DNA from: a virus | Taxonomy: Duplodnaviria > Caudoviricetes | Strand: one strand, 5' to 3' | DNA length: 58,432 nt | Virus record (IMG/VR): IMGVR_UViG_3300047476_001256 | Span: 1-58,432 of that record | Part shown: piece by piece, positions 20,631 to 30,467 of the stretch | Numbering within the stretch: the stretch's first letter is position 1 | How the letters are laid out: the number at the start of each line of letters is the position of its first letter | The notes under the pieces: generated by a model | Database searches by the model: none | Seen by the model: the letters and a program-made list of their open reading frames with translations, nothing else | What the model was told of the DNA's origin: nothing | Position numbers and translations under genes: made by a program

Positions 20631-21980
20631 TTATTTTTTAGTATCTTTGGTATACATATCCAAATCTACATATTCTATTGGTGTAAAATTTTCAAGTTGT
20701 TGTAACTTTTGAAATTCAGCTCTTAGTTTTGGCCAATAGTTATCTCTTGCCCACTCGGATGTAAATTTGACATAACAAATGATTCGTTTTTGTTTTGGTT
20801 TATTTGACGCAATTCTTTCACTTTGTTCATTCCAATATGCCGATAGAATATTTTGTAATTTCATAGCAGCACCAGAATAACAACAAGCAAATACATCATC
20901 ATTAGTATTCTTTTCAATCAAATCATTAACAATTGGTTTATGCACTCCCTCATAGTCCATTACATTCCACCCACCTTTTCGTTTCTTTTTGTTAATGATT
21001 TCCTGTTTAACCCAACCAATTACTGTTTCAACTTGAGCAGTAGTTAATCCCAACTTAATCATTCTAACTTTATTCCTAGTTGTATTCCAAGATTGTCCCA
21101 TTTCGTGAAATCTCAATAATTCCTTTTCAGCATCTTCTTTACTATATGATTTAGCAGTAGATACTTCCGAATTTAATTCATTTCCCAATGCATATAGTTC
21201 GGCGTCTGAAAATTGTGAATGAATTTCTGGACCCAACTCAATGATTGGTAATTCTACTTCACGATATGCATCACCTAATTCGTAATAAGATGTTATAGTA
21301 TGGTTTCCACTAATTAATAGTTTATCATAATGCTCACCTTCAAATTGAACATCAATTAAATATACAGGAGGTTTTGCTCCTTCGGTAGAACCCATTGATA
21401 CTCGTATCTTTGATTTTATCTTTTCTAAGTTTTCTCTATCAATTGTTTCATATCTAACTTGTAATCTATTTTGTGTATACAATTCACTAATAGGATATGT
21501 CGTTTTTGATAGACAATCGAAATCAATTAATTCAAAATCATTTTTTTTATCATGTCTACCATCACGAATCCAATCAATTTCGTTTCTTAACTTTTCGACT
21601 TTATCAAAGTCTATTGGTTTAACTCCAGGAAATCCATTATGTTTGTTGTAATACTCATCACTTGCAGCCGCATTAACTTTTGTAAGCATTTCGTATTCCA
21701 ATTGTTTCATTTCTTTAACCGAACCCCATGCATGAATTGTTAATTTTAATTGGGAATTTGGATTCATTAAAACTTTCTTAAAATCCTTATCAGTTGCCGA
21801 TGTCCAATATGGTTTACTAACTTCTTCATGCATACCAATATATCGCATATCATTAATTAAATCATGCCATTCATAAGTTGTTGCACTATGTCCTTCTTCA
21901 GTAGGTGATAATGGGCCCTCTATATCTATAATTTGTTTGGGTCTAATTGATTTATGTTTTAATAATTCTATAAATTTCAT
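20631..21980 (-). CDS. GIY-YIG-like nuclease domain fused to ParB/Srx-like domain
   Basis: YEW...YIGMH...YWTS...E...YYN; PPVY...LLISGNHT. Confidence 0.6.
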   Translation of the reverse strand: MKFIELLKHKSIRPKQIIDIEGPLSPTEEGHSATTYEWHDLINDMRYIGMHEEVSKPYWTSATDKDFKKVLMNPNSQLKLTIHAWGSVKEMKQLEYEMLTKVNAAASDEYYNKHNGFPGVKPIDFDKVEKLRNEIDWIRDGRHDKKNDFELIDFDCLSKTTYPISELYTQNRLQVRYETIDRENLEKIKSKIRVSMGSTEGAKPPVYLIDVQFEGEHYDKLLISGNHTITSYYELGDAYREVELPIIELGPEIHSQFSDAELYALGNELNSEVSTAKSYSKEDAEKELLRFHEMGQSWNTTRNKVRMIKLGLTTAQVETVIGWVKQEIINKKKRKGGWNVMDYEGVHKPIVNDLIEKNTNDDVFACCYSGAAMKLQNILSAYWNEQSERIASNKPKQKRIICYVKFTSEWARDNYWPKLRAEFQKLQQLENFTPIEYVDLDMYTKDTKK

Positions 21981-22027
21981 GTTATTTGTTTTTTTAAATA
22001 TACTATTAATTTTTAATATTGCCAAAT

Positions 22028-23131
22028 TTATTCGTAACTTTCTCTATCAATATTTATCACATATGGGAAACGTGGTATTAAATCCGGTGTGAGGTTAAAG
22101 TATTTGATTGTTGCAGATTTACCAATTAATTCACTACGAGATTCTAACAACTCATACCCCTCATCTCTCGTACACTTAACATTCGATTTAAAACGCTTGC
22201 CATCTGCAGTTTCAAAGACCATATAACCAACTTGTCCAGTTTTGTTACCCTCACCCTCAACTACATCTAAGATTTCGTATTCCTCATCTATGAACGATTT
22301 ATGTTTCAATAAGAATTTACTTCTTTTGTTTTCATACTCACGATCCAATCTCAATATTTGTCCTTCATATCCTTGTTCTACATATTCACCATATAATTCC
22401 ATTACATCATCTTCATTATCACATATATCAGTTCCTACTAATTTAAGAATATATCCATCCCAACTTTCACACATATTATGCAATTCATCAAATCTTTTCT
22501 TAAAGTTTCCACTATTAGATGGCAAATCATATATCCAATACTGAATATACTTTTTACTTTCTTTTAAGTCATCATCCGTTGGTTTTGTTTTCTTAACCAA
22601 TGATACAATTTTATTAAAATCATTTGCAAACTTATCACAATACAATTCACCATCAAATATCAAATCAGGTCTATCTTCAAATAATGGCACTAATGATTTA
22701 AAAATATGTGGTGCTGAAATGATTGGTTTACCATTTCTACTAAACATACCATCCTTAGTTACGATACAACGAATACCATCCAATTTAGGTTGTGAGAAAA
22801 TAGGATATTGAATTTTATCTTTACTATCTTCCCATTTACTCGCCAACATTGGTTCAAAGTATTGTGTTTTGTTAATGTGTTTGATATTCTCAAAGTAACC
22901 ACTTTCTAACTTCTTTGTTCTCTTTGCAACTGCTTCCAATATTGCCTGTTCTTTATCCGTAGTTGCGTTTGCTCTACCGACATTCTTACCATAACAAATT
23001 GTCCATTCATTCGTTGTGATTATACCCCCAACTTGGCCAGAGTGTGTTCGATATTTATTACCCACCACTTCAATTGTCCACTCTTGTGTTGCACCTGTCT
23101 TTGTCTTTTTGTATATTGTATCTAATTTCAT
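22028..23131 (-). CDS. ATP-dependent DNA ligase
   Basis: motif I QPKLDGIR, DGELY, YEG.ILR, LLKHK, C-terminal PRFP. Confidence 0.95.
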   Translation of the reverse strand: MKLDTIYKKTKTGATQEWTIEVVGNKYRTHSGQVGGIITTNEWTICYGKNVGRANATTDKEQAILEAVAKRTKKLESGYFENIKHINKTQYFEPMLASKWEDSKDKIQYPIFSQPKLDGIRCIVTKDGMFSRNGKPIISAPHIFKSLVPLFEDRPDLIFDGELYCDKFANDFNKIVSLVKKTKPTDDDLKESKKYIQYWIYDLPSNSGNFKKRFDELHNMCESWDGYILKLVGTDICDNEDDVMELYGEYVEQGYEGQILRLDREYENKRSKFLLKHKSFIDEEYEILDVVEGEGNKTGQVGYMVFETADGKRFKSNVKCTRDEGYELLESRSELIGKSATIKYFNLTPDLIPRFPYVINIDRESYE

Positions 23132-23347
23132 ATTAAAAGTATATTTTTCTTATTGTAAAAAAATCGTTTGGATTGTTTTTGTAATGGTAATTGTTTATTA
23201 ATTCGTTTTCAGCTTCACTCAATGTTTGATAACATTTTATGTTTTGATAACTTTTTGTGGTATCATTATCCTCTACCCACATATTACTCCAATTCAACCA
23301 ACAATTTGTTCTATGATTATATATTGTATAGTAACCTCTCATATATT

Positions 23348-23707
23348 TTATTTTACTAATTCAATTCTAATTTTTCCATCGTCATTAAGCCAACCTTTCA
23401 ATGTAAAATGTGGGTCGGATGGATGCCCACTTGATAGATATCCAGCAAAGTGTGGTTGTTCTCCATCACTACCCGCATCTTTTATTGTTCTAAACTCAAT
23501 TGTTTTTGTTGTTATTACATTTCCAAAAGTGTCAATTTGAACATCCGATTTACGTGATATAATGTTTTTCAAAGATAGATGACCAGCACCAATTAAATCA
23601 CCCAATCGTAATTGGTAAGTTGCATCACTAACTCCTTTTATCTTCGATTTTATAGTCTTTCTTTTACTTCTCAGTTCTCTAACTTTATGTTGTGTGTATT
23701 GTGCCAT
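23348..23707 (-). CDS. hypothetical protein
   Basis: ORF in packed run. Confidence 0.55.
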   Translation of the reverse strand: MAQYTQHKVRELRSKRKTIKSKIKGVSDATYQLRLGDLIGAGHLSLKNIISRKSDVQIDTFGNVITTKTIEFRTIKDAGSDGEQPHFAGYLSSGHPSDPHFTLKGWLNDDGKIRIELVK

Positions 23708-23708
23708 A

Positions 23709-24173
23709 TTATATTTTTTGTCCTAAGTTATGAAATAGTTTTTTAATATTACCAAATGAACTCAATTGTGTTTTATCACAAATCAGTTTTGACAATTCCA
23801 TATATCCATTTTTTGTTTCTTCCAACAATGTTGCATGTGCAAATGTAGCAGTTCCATCTGACGGAATATTTAATTGTATCATTATTTTTTCCGGAACTGA
23901 ATAATTCCCCTTTACTTCACTTAGAGAAATGGCATAATCTTTACCAACTCCAGGATTATCCAATACTTCTTCCACATTCGTACAAAGATACATTTGTGTT
24001 TGTGCATGAAATACTGGAATATTAAACTCCATACCTTCTAAAAATTTTGGGCCTTTCTTTGTCATTTTTTTCATATCGTTTTCAAATAATAATTTTTCTC
24101 TTTCCTCTATTGGTAAATTCTTTATGTATTCCCAAATTTGAGGTGGTGTCATTCCTTCAAATATTTTCTTCAT
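23709..24173 (-). CDS. hypothetical protein
   Basis: ORF in packed run. Confidence 0.55.
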   Translation of the reverse strand: MKKIFEGMTPPQIWEYIKNLPIEEREKLLFENDMKKMTKKGPKFLEGMEFNIPVFHAQTQMYLCTNVEEVLDNPGVGKDYAISLSEVKGNYSVPEKIMIQLNIPSDGTATFAHATLLEETKNGYMELSKLICDKTQLSSFGNIKKLFHNLGQKI

Positions 24174-24174
24174 T

Positions 24175-24522
24175 TTACATACTTCTTTTTATCATTTCTC
24201 TAATTGTGTTAGCAATGCCCGTAGCAAATTCTTTTACAACGGATATATTTTCATATGTGAGATACCAAACACAATTATCACAATATACTTTGTAATAATT
24301 TTTATAGGTGGCCCAATTCATATCCGTACCGGTATATTCGTTTTTATCTACATATACTAACAAAATTCCTATCAAACCATCTATTGCAAATTTCACTCCG
24401 TATCTATCCGTTTCTTCAAATATGGTTAAGGCATATACATTTCTACGAAATTCAACCGATAGAGCAAATTTTAATTGTTCTTCATTGTGGGCTGAAATTT
24501 CTATGTTCAATATCCTTCCCAT
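24175..24522 (-). CDS. hypothetical protein
   Basis: ORF in packed run. Confidence 0.55.
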   Translation of the reverse strand: MGRILNIEISAHNEEQLKFALSVEFRRNVYALTIFEETDRYGVKFAIDGLIGILLVYVDKNEYTGTDMNWATYKNYYKVYCDNCVWYLTYENISVVKEFATGIANTIREMIKRSM

Positions 24523-25058
24523 TATCTATTTAATTTTGTTATACATTCATCAATTTTATCTCTTAATCTTCCACCTTGTCCAAAATCACCATCAACTTGA
24601 ATATGTCTAAATTGTGGAACTTTCATAAATTTGAATTGGTGTGATAAGTATAAATCATCAATTGCAATCCAATTACTAATCTTATTATCCTTAGCCCATT
24701 TAACAATTTGAGCTGCTCTTTCAAAGTCTAAAGATGGATTACTCAGTTTATTCCACAATCCAATTTGTCTACTATTCAAATGTGTTGTTATATCAATAAG
24801 TTTGGCGTAAATACCATACTCAATGAAAATGTCACTCATTTGTTTTAATGTGTAATGCAATTTCCAATCAGATGATAATACCAATTCTGCATTAGTTGCT
24901 TCACTTATCTTTGCTAACGCTTCACAATCTTCTTTAACCCAAGCGTAAGGTATTGTAAATTCATCGGAAGTATTTTCATTTATCTTCACTTTACCATCCA
25001 TCCAAGTTGCCCATGCCAATGGGCCATCTATATCAATGAATATTATTTTCTTTCTCAT
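24522..25058 (-). CDS. HAD-family phosphatase (Swiss-Army-knife RNA-repair-like HAD)
   Basis: IFIDIDG, LSSDWK, IAIDD. Confidence 0.8.
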   Translation of the reverse strand: MRKKIIFIDIDGPLAWATWMDGKVKINENTSDEFTIPYAWVKEDCEALAKISEATNAELVLSSDWKLHYTLKQMSDIFIEYGIYAKLIDITTHLNSRQIGLWNKLSNPSLDFERAAQIVKWAKDNKISNWIAIDDLYLSHQFKFMKVPQFRHIQVDGDFGQGGRLRDKIDECITKLNR

Positions 25059-25328
25059 AACTTATTTCATTATCTTATTAACTAATCCATTCCAATCTTG
25101 TCTTTCAATCTTATCTGCATTATACATTTCAAATTCATCCCTATCCTTATCATTACGAATTACAATTATATGATACTCATTATTCATATCCGATTTGTAT
25201 ATCGTTTCACAAGTTTGTCTCGCATCTTCATCACTCATCGAATTACTAAACCTCATTACGAATATTGGTTTGGGTTTAATTTGTGTTACCGATGGAGTGG
25301 AATTATTTGGTATTAAATGTGCCATATC

Positions 25329-25658
25329 TTATAAATTATTGTAAAAATATTCAAATTGAATTACTCTATTGTGGGCCCAATCAACAAATGAATTAATTGT
25401 TTTCATAGGTTTACTCGTAAAGTTTCCAGTATGAATAGTATCAATCCAATTTCTTCCATCACCATTTTCTGCTCTCTTTATTTCATATGTTTCATTTTCC
25501 CAATCTATAATAAATGCCATTACATATATACTATTATCAGGTATAGTATATACCCATAATTCAGGGTCTATACCATTCGTTGAAAATTTATATTTACCAC
25601 CTGTTCTAGTTGCAAATTTTACATCATCTATTTTTCTAAAATTCACCGGTTTTTTCAT
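25329..25658 (-). CDS. hypothetical protein (paralog of 13058-13405)
   Basis: shared N-terminus. Confidence 0.6.
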   Translation of the reverse strand: MKKPVNFRKIDDVKFATRTGGKYKFSTNGIDPELWVYTIPDNSIYVMAFIIDWENETYEIKRAENGDGRNWIDTIHTGNFTSKPMKTINSFVDWAHNRVIQFEYFYNNL

Positions 25659-25659
25659 A

Positions 25660-25920
25660 TTACAATTTTTGAATTTTTTCCATTACATCAGTCACATCTA
25701 TTTCTCTTAAATAACCAATCACATCATTCGTAATAGGTGTGTCATATGTTAAATCACCATTTTTGTCCAATACTGCCAATTCGTATAACCCATTAGGGCC
25801 ACCATATGAAAATTCGTGTTTAACTACCGATGCACCATATCCGTTGTCAAATGTGATACGACTAATAATTCCGTCAATGTGTGGATGTTTCTTAAATTTT
25901 AAATCTTTAAAAGTTTTCAT
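25660..25920 (-). CDS. conserved phage protein
   Basis: [10 protein letters not shown]...YG...GLYELAVL motif. Confidence 0.7.
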   Translation of the reverse strand: MKTFKDLKFKKHPHIDGIISRITFDNGYGASVVKHEFSYGGPNGLYELAVLDKNGDLTYDTPITNDVIGYLREIDVTDVMEKIQKL

Positions 25921-25943
25921 TTGATTTGTTTTTATTATTTGTT

Positions 25944-26345
25944 TTAACCTATATTAACATCACCCCTTTGTGAATTTGGTCTATCATCCGAAGATGTTTT
26001 CTTACCATTAGCTCTTAACCAATTAGAAACTATAACACCAATCTCTTCTTTACATTTTTCTAATGCCATTAAAGTAAGGGTTTTACTCATACCAGTTTCT
26101 CTTCTAAGATAGTTGATGAAACCAATATAGTCAGCGGGGTCTTCTTGAAATTCTATTAACTTGGTTTCTGGCCATAATATAAATTTCTTATTATCCCAAT
26201 CAATACCTTGTGCCGCTTGCTTTACCGATGTAACAGATGTTCCACCAATACCAACTTTACCATTTGGAATACATACTTCCAATTCATCATAGAACTCACC
26301 TTCTGGTACAGCCGCAATTCTATCTTTTAATTCTTTTAGTTTCAT
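25944..26345 (-). CDS. hypothetical protein
   Basis: start adjusted to MKLKEL. Confidence 0.55.
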   Translation of the reverse strand: MKLKELKDRIAAVPEGEFYDELEVCIPNGKVGIGGTSVTSVKQAAQGIDWDNKKFILWPETKLIEFQEDPADYIGFINYLRRETGMSKTLTLMALEKCKEEIGVIVSNWLRANGKKTSSDDRPNSQRGDVNIG

Positions 26346-26363
26346 ATTATTTGTTTTAATGAG

Positions 26364-26407
26364 AAAATAGCAGGGGAATCGAACCCCTGTAAATTCCAAA
26401 CTATTTT
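26364..26407 (-). ncRNA. tRNA minihelix-like element
   Basis: AAAATAG/CTATTTT stem stacked on CAGGGG-TTCGATT-CCCCTG T-arm. Confidence 0.5.
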
Positions 26408-27350
26408 ATTGAATGTTCTTAAACAATGTAGGTATTTGACCATATACTGGTAACTTGCCATCCCATTTGTTTACATATTCCATTTGAATAAGTAATGGTG
26501 TCAATGTTTGTTGTTTCATTCTGTTTGATTCAGCTTCCGCTTTAGCAGATGTTAATAAAGCTTGTGCATTACCCTCTGCGGTTGCAATTTTAATCTTAGC
26601 TTGAGCTTCTGCCGTTTTCACTTCGTTCTCTGCTCGTAATGCAGCTTGAACCGCATTGTTCTTAGCTTCAATTGATTTTTTAAATGTTTCTGGATAAACT
26701 AAGTTAGATGTAAACTGATTGATTACAAATCCCTCTTTCAATAATGAGTTATCCAATAATCTACGAACTTCAACTTCGAATACAGCACGATTACTAATCA
26801 ATTCATCAGCCGTATATTTGTTAGTTGCTAATCGGAATGCATCATAAACTGCTGTCTTTAAGAAACCCTCTTCGATATCTTCCAAAGGTCTACGATACTT
26901 ACTAAAGATTGCAGGAACTTTTTCTCTTTGAACGGAGTAGTTCATAATAGGTGAAACTGCAAATTCCGAACCATCCTTTGAGTTTACAATAAATGAATTA
27001 TCACCTACATATTCTTTGTGTTGAATAAAGGTCGGGAACTCATAGATTTTTGTAGTAAACGGATTATAGAATACCATACCTGTAACTGCTACTACATTAT
27101 CTACTCCTTTGTTATCACCATACTGATTTACTTTCACTCCTACATGTCCTGCGTCAATTCTTTCACACGACATAAATAAGAAAATTAATGTAATAAATCC
27201 TAATACACCAGCCGTAATTGTTTTTGTCATTTTTTGTTGTTTTAATTTTTGTTCTTGATTAAATTGTTCTTCCATTCTATCTAATTCTTCTTCACTTCTA
27301 CGCTTACCATAGTTATCCCATTGATAATCGTATCTTCTAAATTTTGCCAT
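26406..27350 (-). CDS. SPFH/band-7 (prohibitin-like) membrane protein
   Basis: TM helix, IDAGHVGV, AEAQA coiled coil, KWDGKLP; start may be 27230. Confidence 0.9.
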   Translation of the reverse strand: MAKFRRYDYQWDNYGKRRSEEELDRMEEQFNQEQKLKQQKMTKTITAGVLGFITLIFLFMSCERIDAGHVGVKVNQYGDNKGVDNVVAVTGMVFYNPFTTKIYEFPTFIQHKEYVGDNSFIVNSKDGSEFAVSPIMNYSVQREKVPAIFSKYRRPLEDIEEGFLKTAVYDAFRLATNKYTADELISNRAVFEVEVRRLLDNSLLKEGFVINQFTSNLVYPETFKKSIEAKNNAVQAALRAENEVKTAEAQAKIKIATAEGNAQALLTSAKAEAESNRMKQQTLTPLLIQMEYVNKWDGKLPVYGQIPTLFKNIQ

Positions 27351-27361
27351 GTTATATTGTT

Positions 27362-27664
27362 TTAATTGTTTACTATACTATAAATTCCATATTCCGGTAC
27401 AAAGATAGTGCGTGCTTCATGTTGTCTATCGTAATAATGAACTTCATATTGTTCTTGTCCACTATACCATTGAACAACTACTGCTCTCGTACTATCTGGT
27501 TTCAACCAAACTACATCACCTTGTTTGTATTTAGGTGGTGTTCTTTTTGGTTCTTTCACATTGCATGCGTAAGCAATTATTGATAATACAAAAATTGCAC
27601 ATATACCAAAGACTATAAAATGTCCAATTTCACGCCAATCGGTTTTTACTCCTTTACCTTGCAT
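27362..27664 (-). CDS. membrane-anchored SH3/KOW-like protein
   Basis: TM helix then KYKQGDVV. Confidence 0.55.
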   Translation of the reverse strand: MQGKGVKTDWREIGHFIVFGICAIFVLSIIAYACNVKEPKRTPPKYKQGDVVWLKPDSTRAVVVQWYSGQEQYEVHYYDRQHEARTIFVPEYGIYSIVNN

Positions 27665-27665
27665 A

Positions 27666-28184
27666 TTATTTTGTTTTTGGTTTTCGTTTTGTTTTTGGTT
27701 CTTCTACTGAAATTTTCACTCTACCTTCTGCTATTGGTTTGATTACACCATCTATTTCATTCATACCTTTGGCATCGGTAAAATCAATTGTTACTTTTGA
27801 TTTCTTTCTTGTTTTTACAAAAGGTTTATCACTTTCAACTCCATCAAATTGTTTAGGGTTTGATTTCTTTTTCACTACATCACTATATGCATTATGCTTA
27901 GTAATGTTTTCTTGCATTGATTTCATTTGTTTTTCAACATGTTCTCTCCATTCATCATCCTTTTGTTTTTCGTATTCACTTTTACCTACCCAATGTTTTA
28001 CCAATTCATATCCTACAAAAATTAGGATTGCAAGTAATACAATCAATCCAATAAAACCTATCACATTGGATATGGTGTTTGCTTTAGTTATTAACTCAAA
28101 GCTAAGGTTTAATGTGTAGAAATACAACACTATTGTAATTGCTGTAATTGCTACAATTCTCAGTTTTTCAATCAATCTTTCCAT
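27666..28184 (-). CDS. two-TM membrane protein
   Basis: two hydrophobic helices, Lys-rich tail. Confidence 0.6.
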   Translation of the reverse strand: MERLIEKLRIVAITAITIVLYFYTLNLSFELITKANTISNVIGFIGLIVLLAILIFVGYELVKHWVGKSEYEKQKDDEWREHVEKQMKSMQENITKHNAYSDVVKKKSNPKQFDGVESDKPFVKTRKKSKVTIDFTDAKGMNEIDGVIKPIAEGRVKISVEEPKTKRKPKTK

Positions 28185-28195
28185 ATTTGTTTGTT

Positions 28196-28840
28196 TTAAT
28201 TAATAAAAGGGTTATGTTCTTGTGGATAGAAATCTTCATCATCTATTATTTCTTTTGTGTCAATATACATCCACCTATCATCATCACTACTCCATTCAAC
28301 CAATCTACCGGAATCTTCATCAATCCATTCCAAATCACCCTCACATAAATCATCATCTTCATCCGTTACTTCATATACACCACAATATCCCATACCAGGT
28401 TCTGTGAATGATAAAGTAAATGTCAATTCGGGAAATTGTTTTGCAACATACCTAACCCATTCTATATTTGGAGCCCAAGCGGTATTGTATTGAACACTGA
28501 AAAACTCATCTTCATCATCTAAGATATAAGTTTCAGCAACATCCCATTTTGTTCCCCAATTGTCTACTCTCCAATTGTACCAGTCGGTATATCCGTATTT
28601 TTGTTTAAGTTCTTCTATCTTCTTTTCAAATTCCAACTTACCCTCAATATCATCTTCTTCACCCCTCCACATATTTGGAGATGTTTGTTCTAATAATTCG
28701 GTTGGAGTTTGTCGTAATATTTCCATTGTAAAGTTTAAGTCATCACTTTCTCCAAGTTTAACTAAAGTCAATTCTTTGAATTTCTGAATATCAATTTTGT
28801 TACCAGAAACATCTAATTTGTTTTCACACCAATTTGGCAT
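28196..28840 (-). CDS. DUF1281/YubB ferredoxin-like protein
   Basis: MPNWC...WYNW...NWGTKW...TAW.P...EPG. Confidence 0.8.
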   Translation of the reverse strand: MPNWCENKLDVSGNKIDIQKFKELTLVKLGESDDLNFTMEILRQTPTELLEQTSPNMWRGEEDDIEGKLEFEKKIEELKQKYGYTDWYNWRVDNWGTKWDVAETYILDDEDEFFSVQYNTAWAPNIEWVRYVAKQFPELTFTLSFTEPGMGYCGVYEVTDEDDDLCEGDLEWIDEDSGRLVEWSSDDDRWMYIDTKEIIDDEDFYPQEHNPFIN

Positions 28841-28875
28841 ATAATTTAATTTTAATTGTTAATGTATATAATAAG

Positions 28876-28903
28876 AAAAGGGAAGCAACCTAAGTCACTT
28901 CCC
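28876..28903 (-). terminator. intrinsic terminator
   Basis: GGGAAG-loop-CTTCCC-TTTT. Confidence 0.65.
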
Positions 28904-28929
28904 AATTCTAATCACCTAAATACTACTGA

Positions 28930-30222
28930 CTACCAAACAATAGTTTCGTCATCATTTTGTTCATCTTTCACTTCGTTGAACAATTGAGTGTTGTCATCAG
29001 TCTTAACGAACTTTTGTAGTAATTGAGTCATAAACACTCTTTCACTATCCAATCCGCCGTCATTACTGAAATAAGGTAAGATAGCGATTTCTGCGGCCTC
29101 CATTAAGGTAAATCCGTCATAAATCAAACCAGCAGCTTCAACATTCACACGGGTAGATACGATTGTAGAAATCTTACTCATATCCGTTTTGATTAACTGA
29201 CGAGTAGTGTCGGCAATCTCAGCTAAAGCTTGTAATGAATAATCATCAGCTTCAGGGAATTTGAACTTTAATAATTGGTATTCACTATCCTTATCTAATA
29301 AGTCCATTTCAATTTGGACAAATCTATCCATTAAGGCTCTATCCATAATACGGGTAGAGGTATAACTATTACCAATGTTAGCAGTTGCAATGAATGTAAC
29401 ACCACTTGCAACATTTACGATTGGTGAACCTTCCGCTTCGTCTAATCGTAAGTATCTTTGACCTTGGTCTAACACGGTCATTAAGATATTCCATGCTTCT
29501 GGATGTGCTCTCGAAATCTCATCCAATAAGATAATAGCGTTTGGTGTGGTAATTGCTTTAACGAAAGCAGACTCACTAAAGAATGTTCCGTTTTCTTTGT
29601 TAAAGTGTGTATTACCGATTAAGGTTGCTCTCGGGTCTTGTGTAGCACCTAAGTTAAAGTAGAAGTCAGGTCGTTTCAATGAACGAACTAACGATTGAGA
29701 TGCCAATGTCTTACCACAACCAGTAGGGCCTGTCATCATAATATTTCTACCACGAACCGCTGAACGAAGTAAGTATTTCCATTTCAAAGGTTCAATAAAT
29801 AATCCTTCGGGTTTCAATTCGGTTCCTTTCTCATGAATGAATTGTTTTAAGTGTTCGTGTGTTTCAAAAGCTTCTTGCACACTATCACATGTATTTTCTT
29901 CGATAACATTTGCAAGTTTTTTGAAGTCATCCATTTCCACCATTTTGTAGGTCAATTTACCCGTCTTACCTACATAACCACGCAATGCTTTACCATTCTC
30001 AGCAGCTTCTTTCATTTTAGCTTTTGAGATACCATTCACTTTGGTAATAACATCACCAGTTGTTGTCATTAATGCGAATGTTCTACCAATTTGGATAGAT
30101 TTGTAACATTCGTTAGTCAAACCAACATTATAGTCGATTTGTTTAGTTTTGCCAGAGGCAAGTCTTTTTACTCTCATAGAATTTGTTTTAGTAGTCTTTT
30201 TAGATAATTGTGTCTTTCTCAT
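28930..30222 (-). CDS. MoxR/CbbQ-NirQ family AAA+ ATPase
   Basis: GPTGCGKT, LLDEISR, ATAN, DRALMDRF, STR; start adjusted to follow promoter. Confidence 0.9.
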   Translation of the reverse strand: MRKTQLSKKTTKTNSMRVKRLASGKTKQIDYNVGLTNECYKSIQIGRTFALMTTTGDVITKVNGISKAKMKEAAENGKALRGYVGKTGKLTYKMVEMDDFKKLANVIEENTCDSVQEAFETHEHLKQFIHEKGTELKPEGLFIEPLKWKYLLRSAVRGRNIMMTGPTGCGKTLASQSLVRSLKRPDFYFNLGATQDPRATLIGNTHFNKENGTFFSESAFVKAITTPNAIILLDEISRAHPEAWNILMTVLDQGQRYLRLDEAEGSPIVNVASGVTFIATANIGNSYTSTRIMDRALMDRFVQIEMDLLDKDSEYQLLKFKFPEADDYSLQALAEIADTTRQLIKTDMSKISTIVSTRVNVEAAGLIYDGFTLMEAAEIAILPYFSNDGGLDSERVFMTQLLQKFVKTDDNTQLFNEVKDEQNDDETIVW

Positions 30223-30254
30223 AAAATTTGGTATTTTTGGTGATTTGATTATAT

Positions 30255-30286
30255 CAAAGATACGACTTTTTCTTGATATGGCCAAA
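30255..30286 (-). promoter_or_regulatory. Bacteroidota-type promoter
   Basis: TTTG N20 TATCTTTG. Confidence 0.8.
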
Positions 30287-30294
30287 TCTTTTTA

Positions 30295-30368
30295 TAACTC
30301 ATTGATTTATAGTCGTTTATAGCGATAAAAAAACCCCAATACATAACTCGTTGATTTCCAATAAGTTA
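30295..30368. repeat. two IHF-consensus-like palindromes
   Basis: centres 30307, 30356. Confidence 0.7.
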
Positions 30369-30418
30369 GGTTTTGGGGTGTTTTTTACCCTATTTTTAAT
30401 GTTTTTTAGTAATTTGTG

Positions 30419-30441
30419 AAAAGGGGACTCGAAAGTCCCCG
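30419..30441 (-). terminator. intrinsic terminator
   Basis: GGGGACT-TTCG-AGTCCCC-TTTT. Confidence 0.75.
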
Positions 30442-30467
30442 ATTTTTCACTTCGGGGCTTTCCGAGC

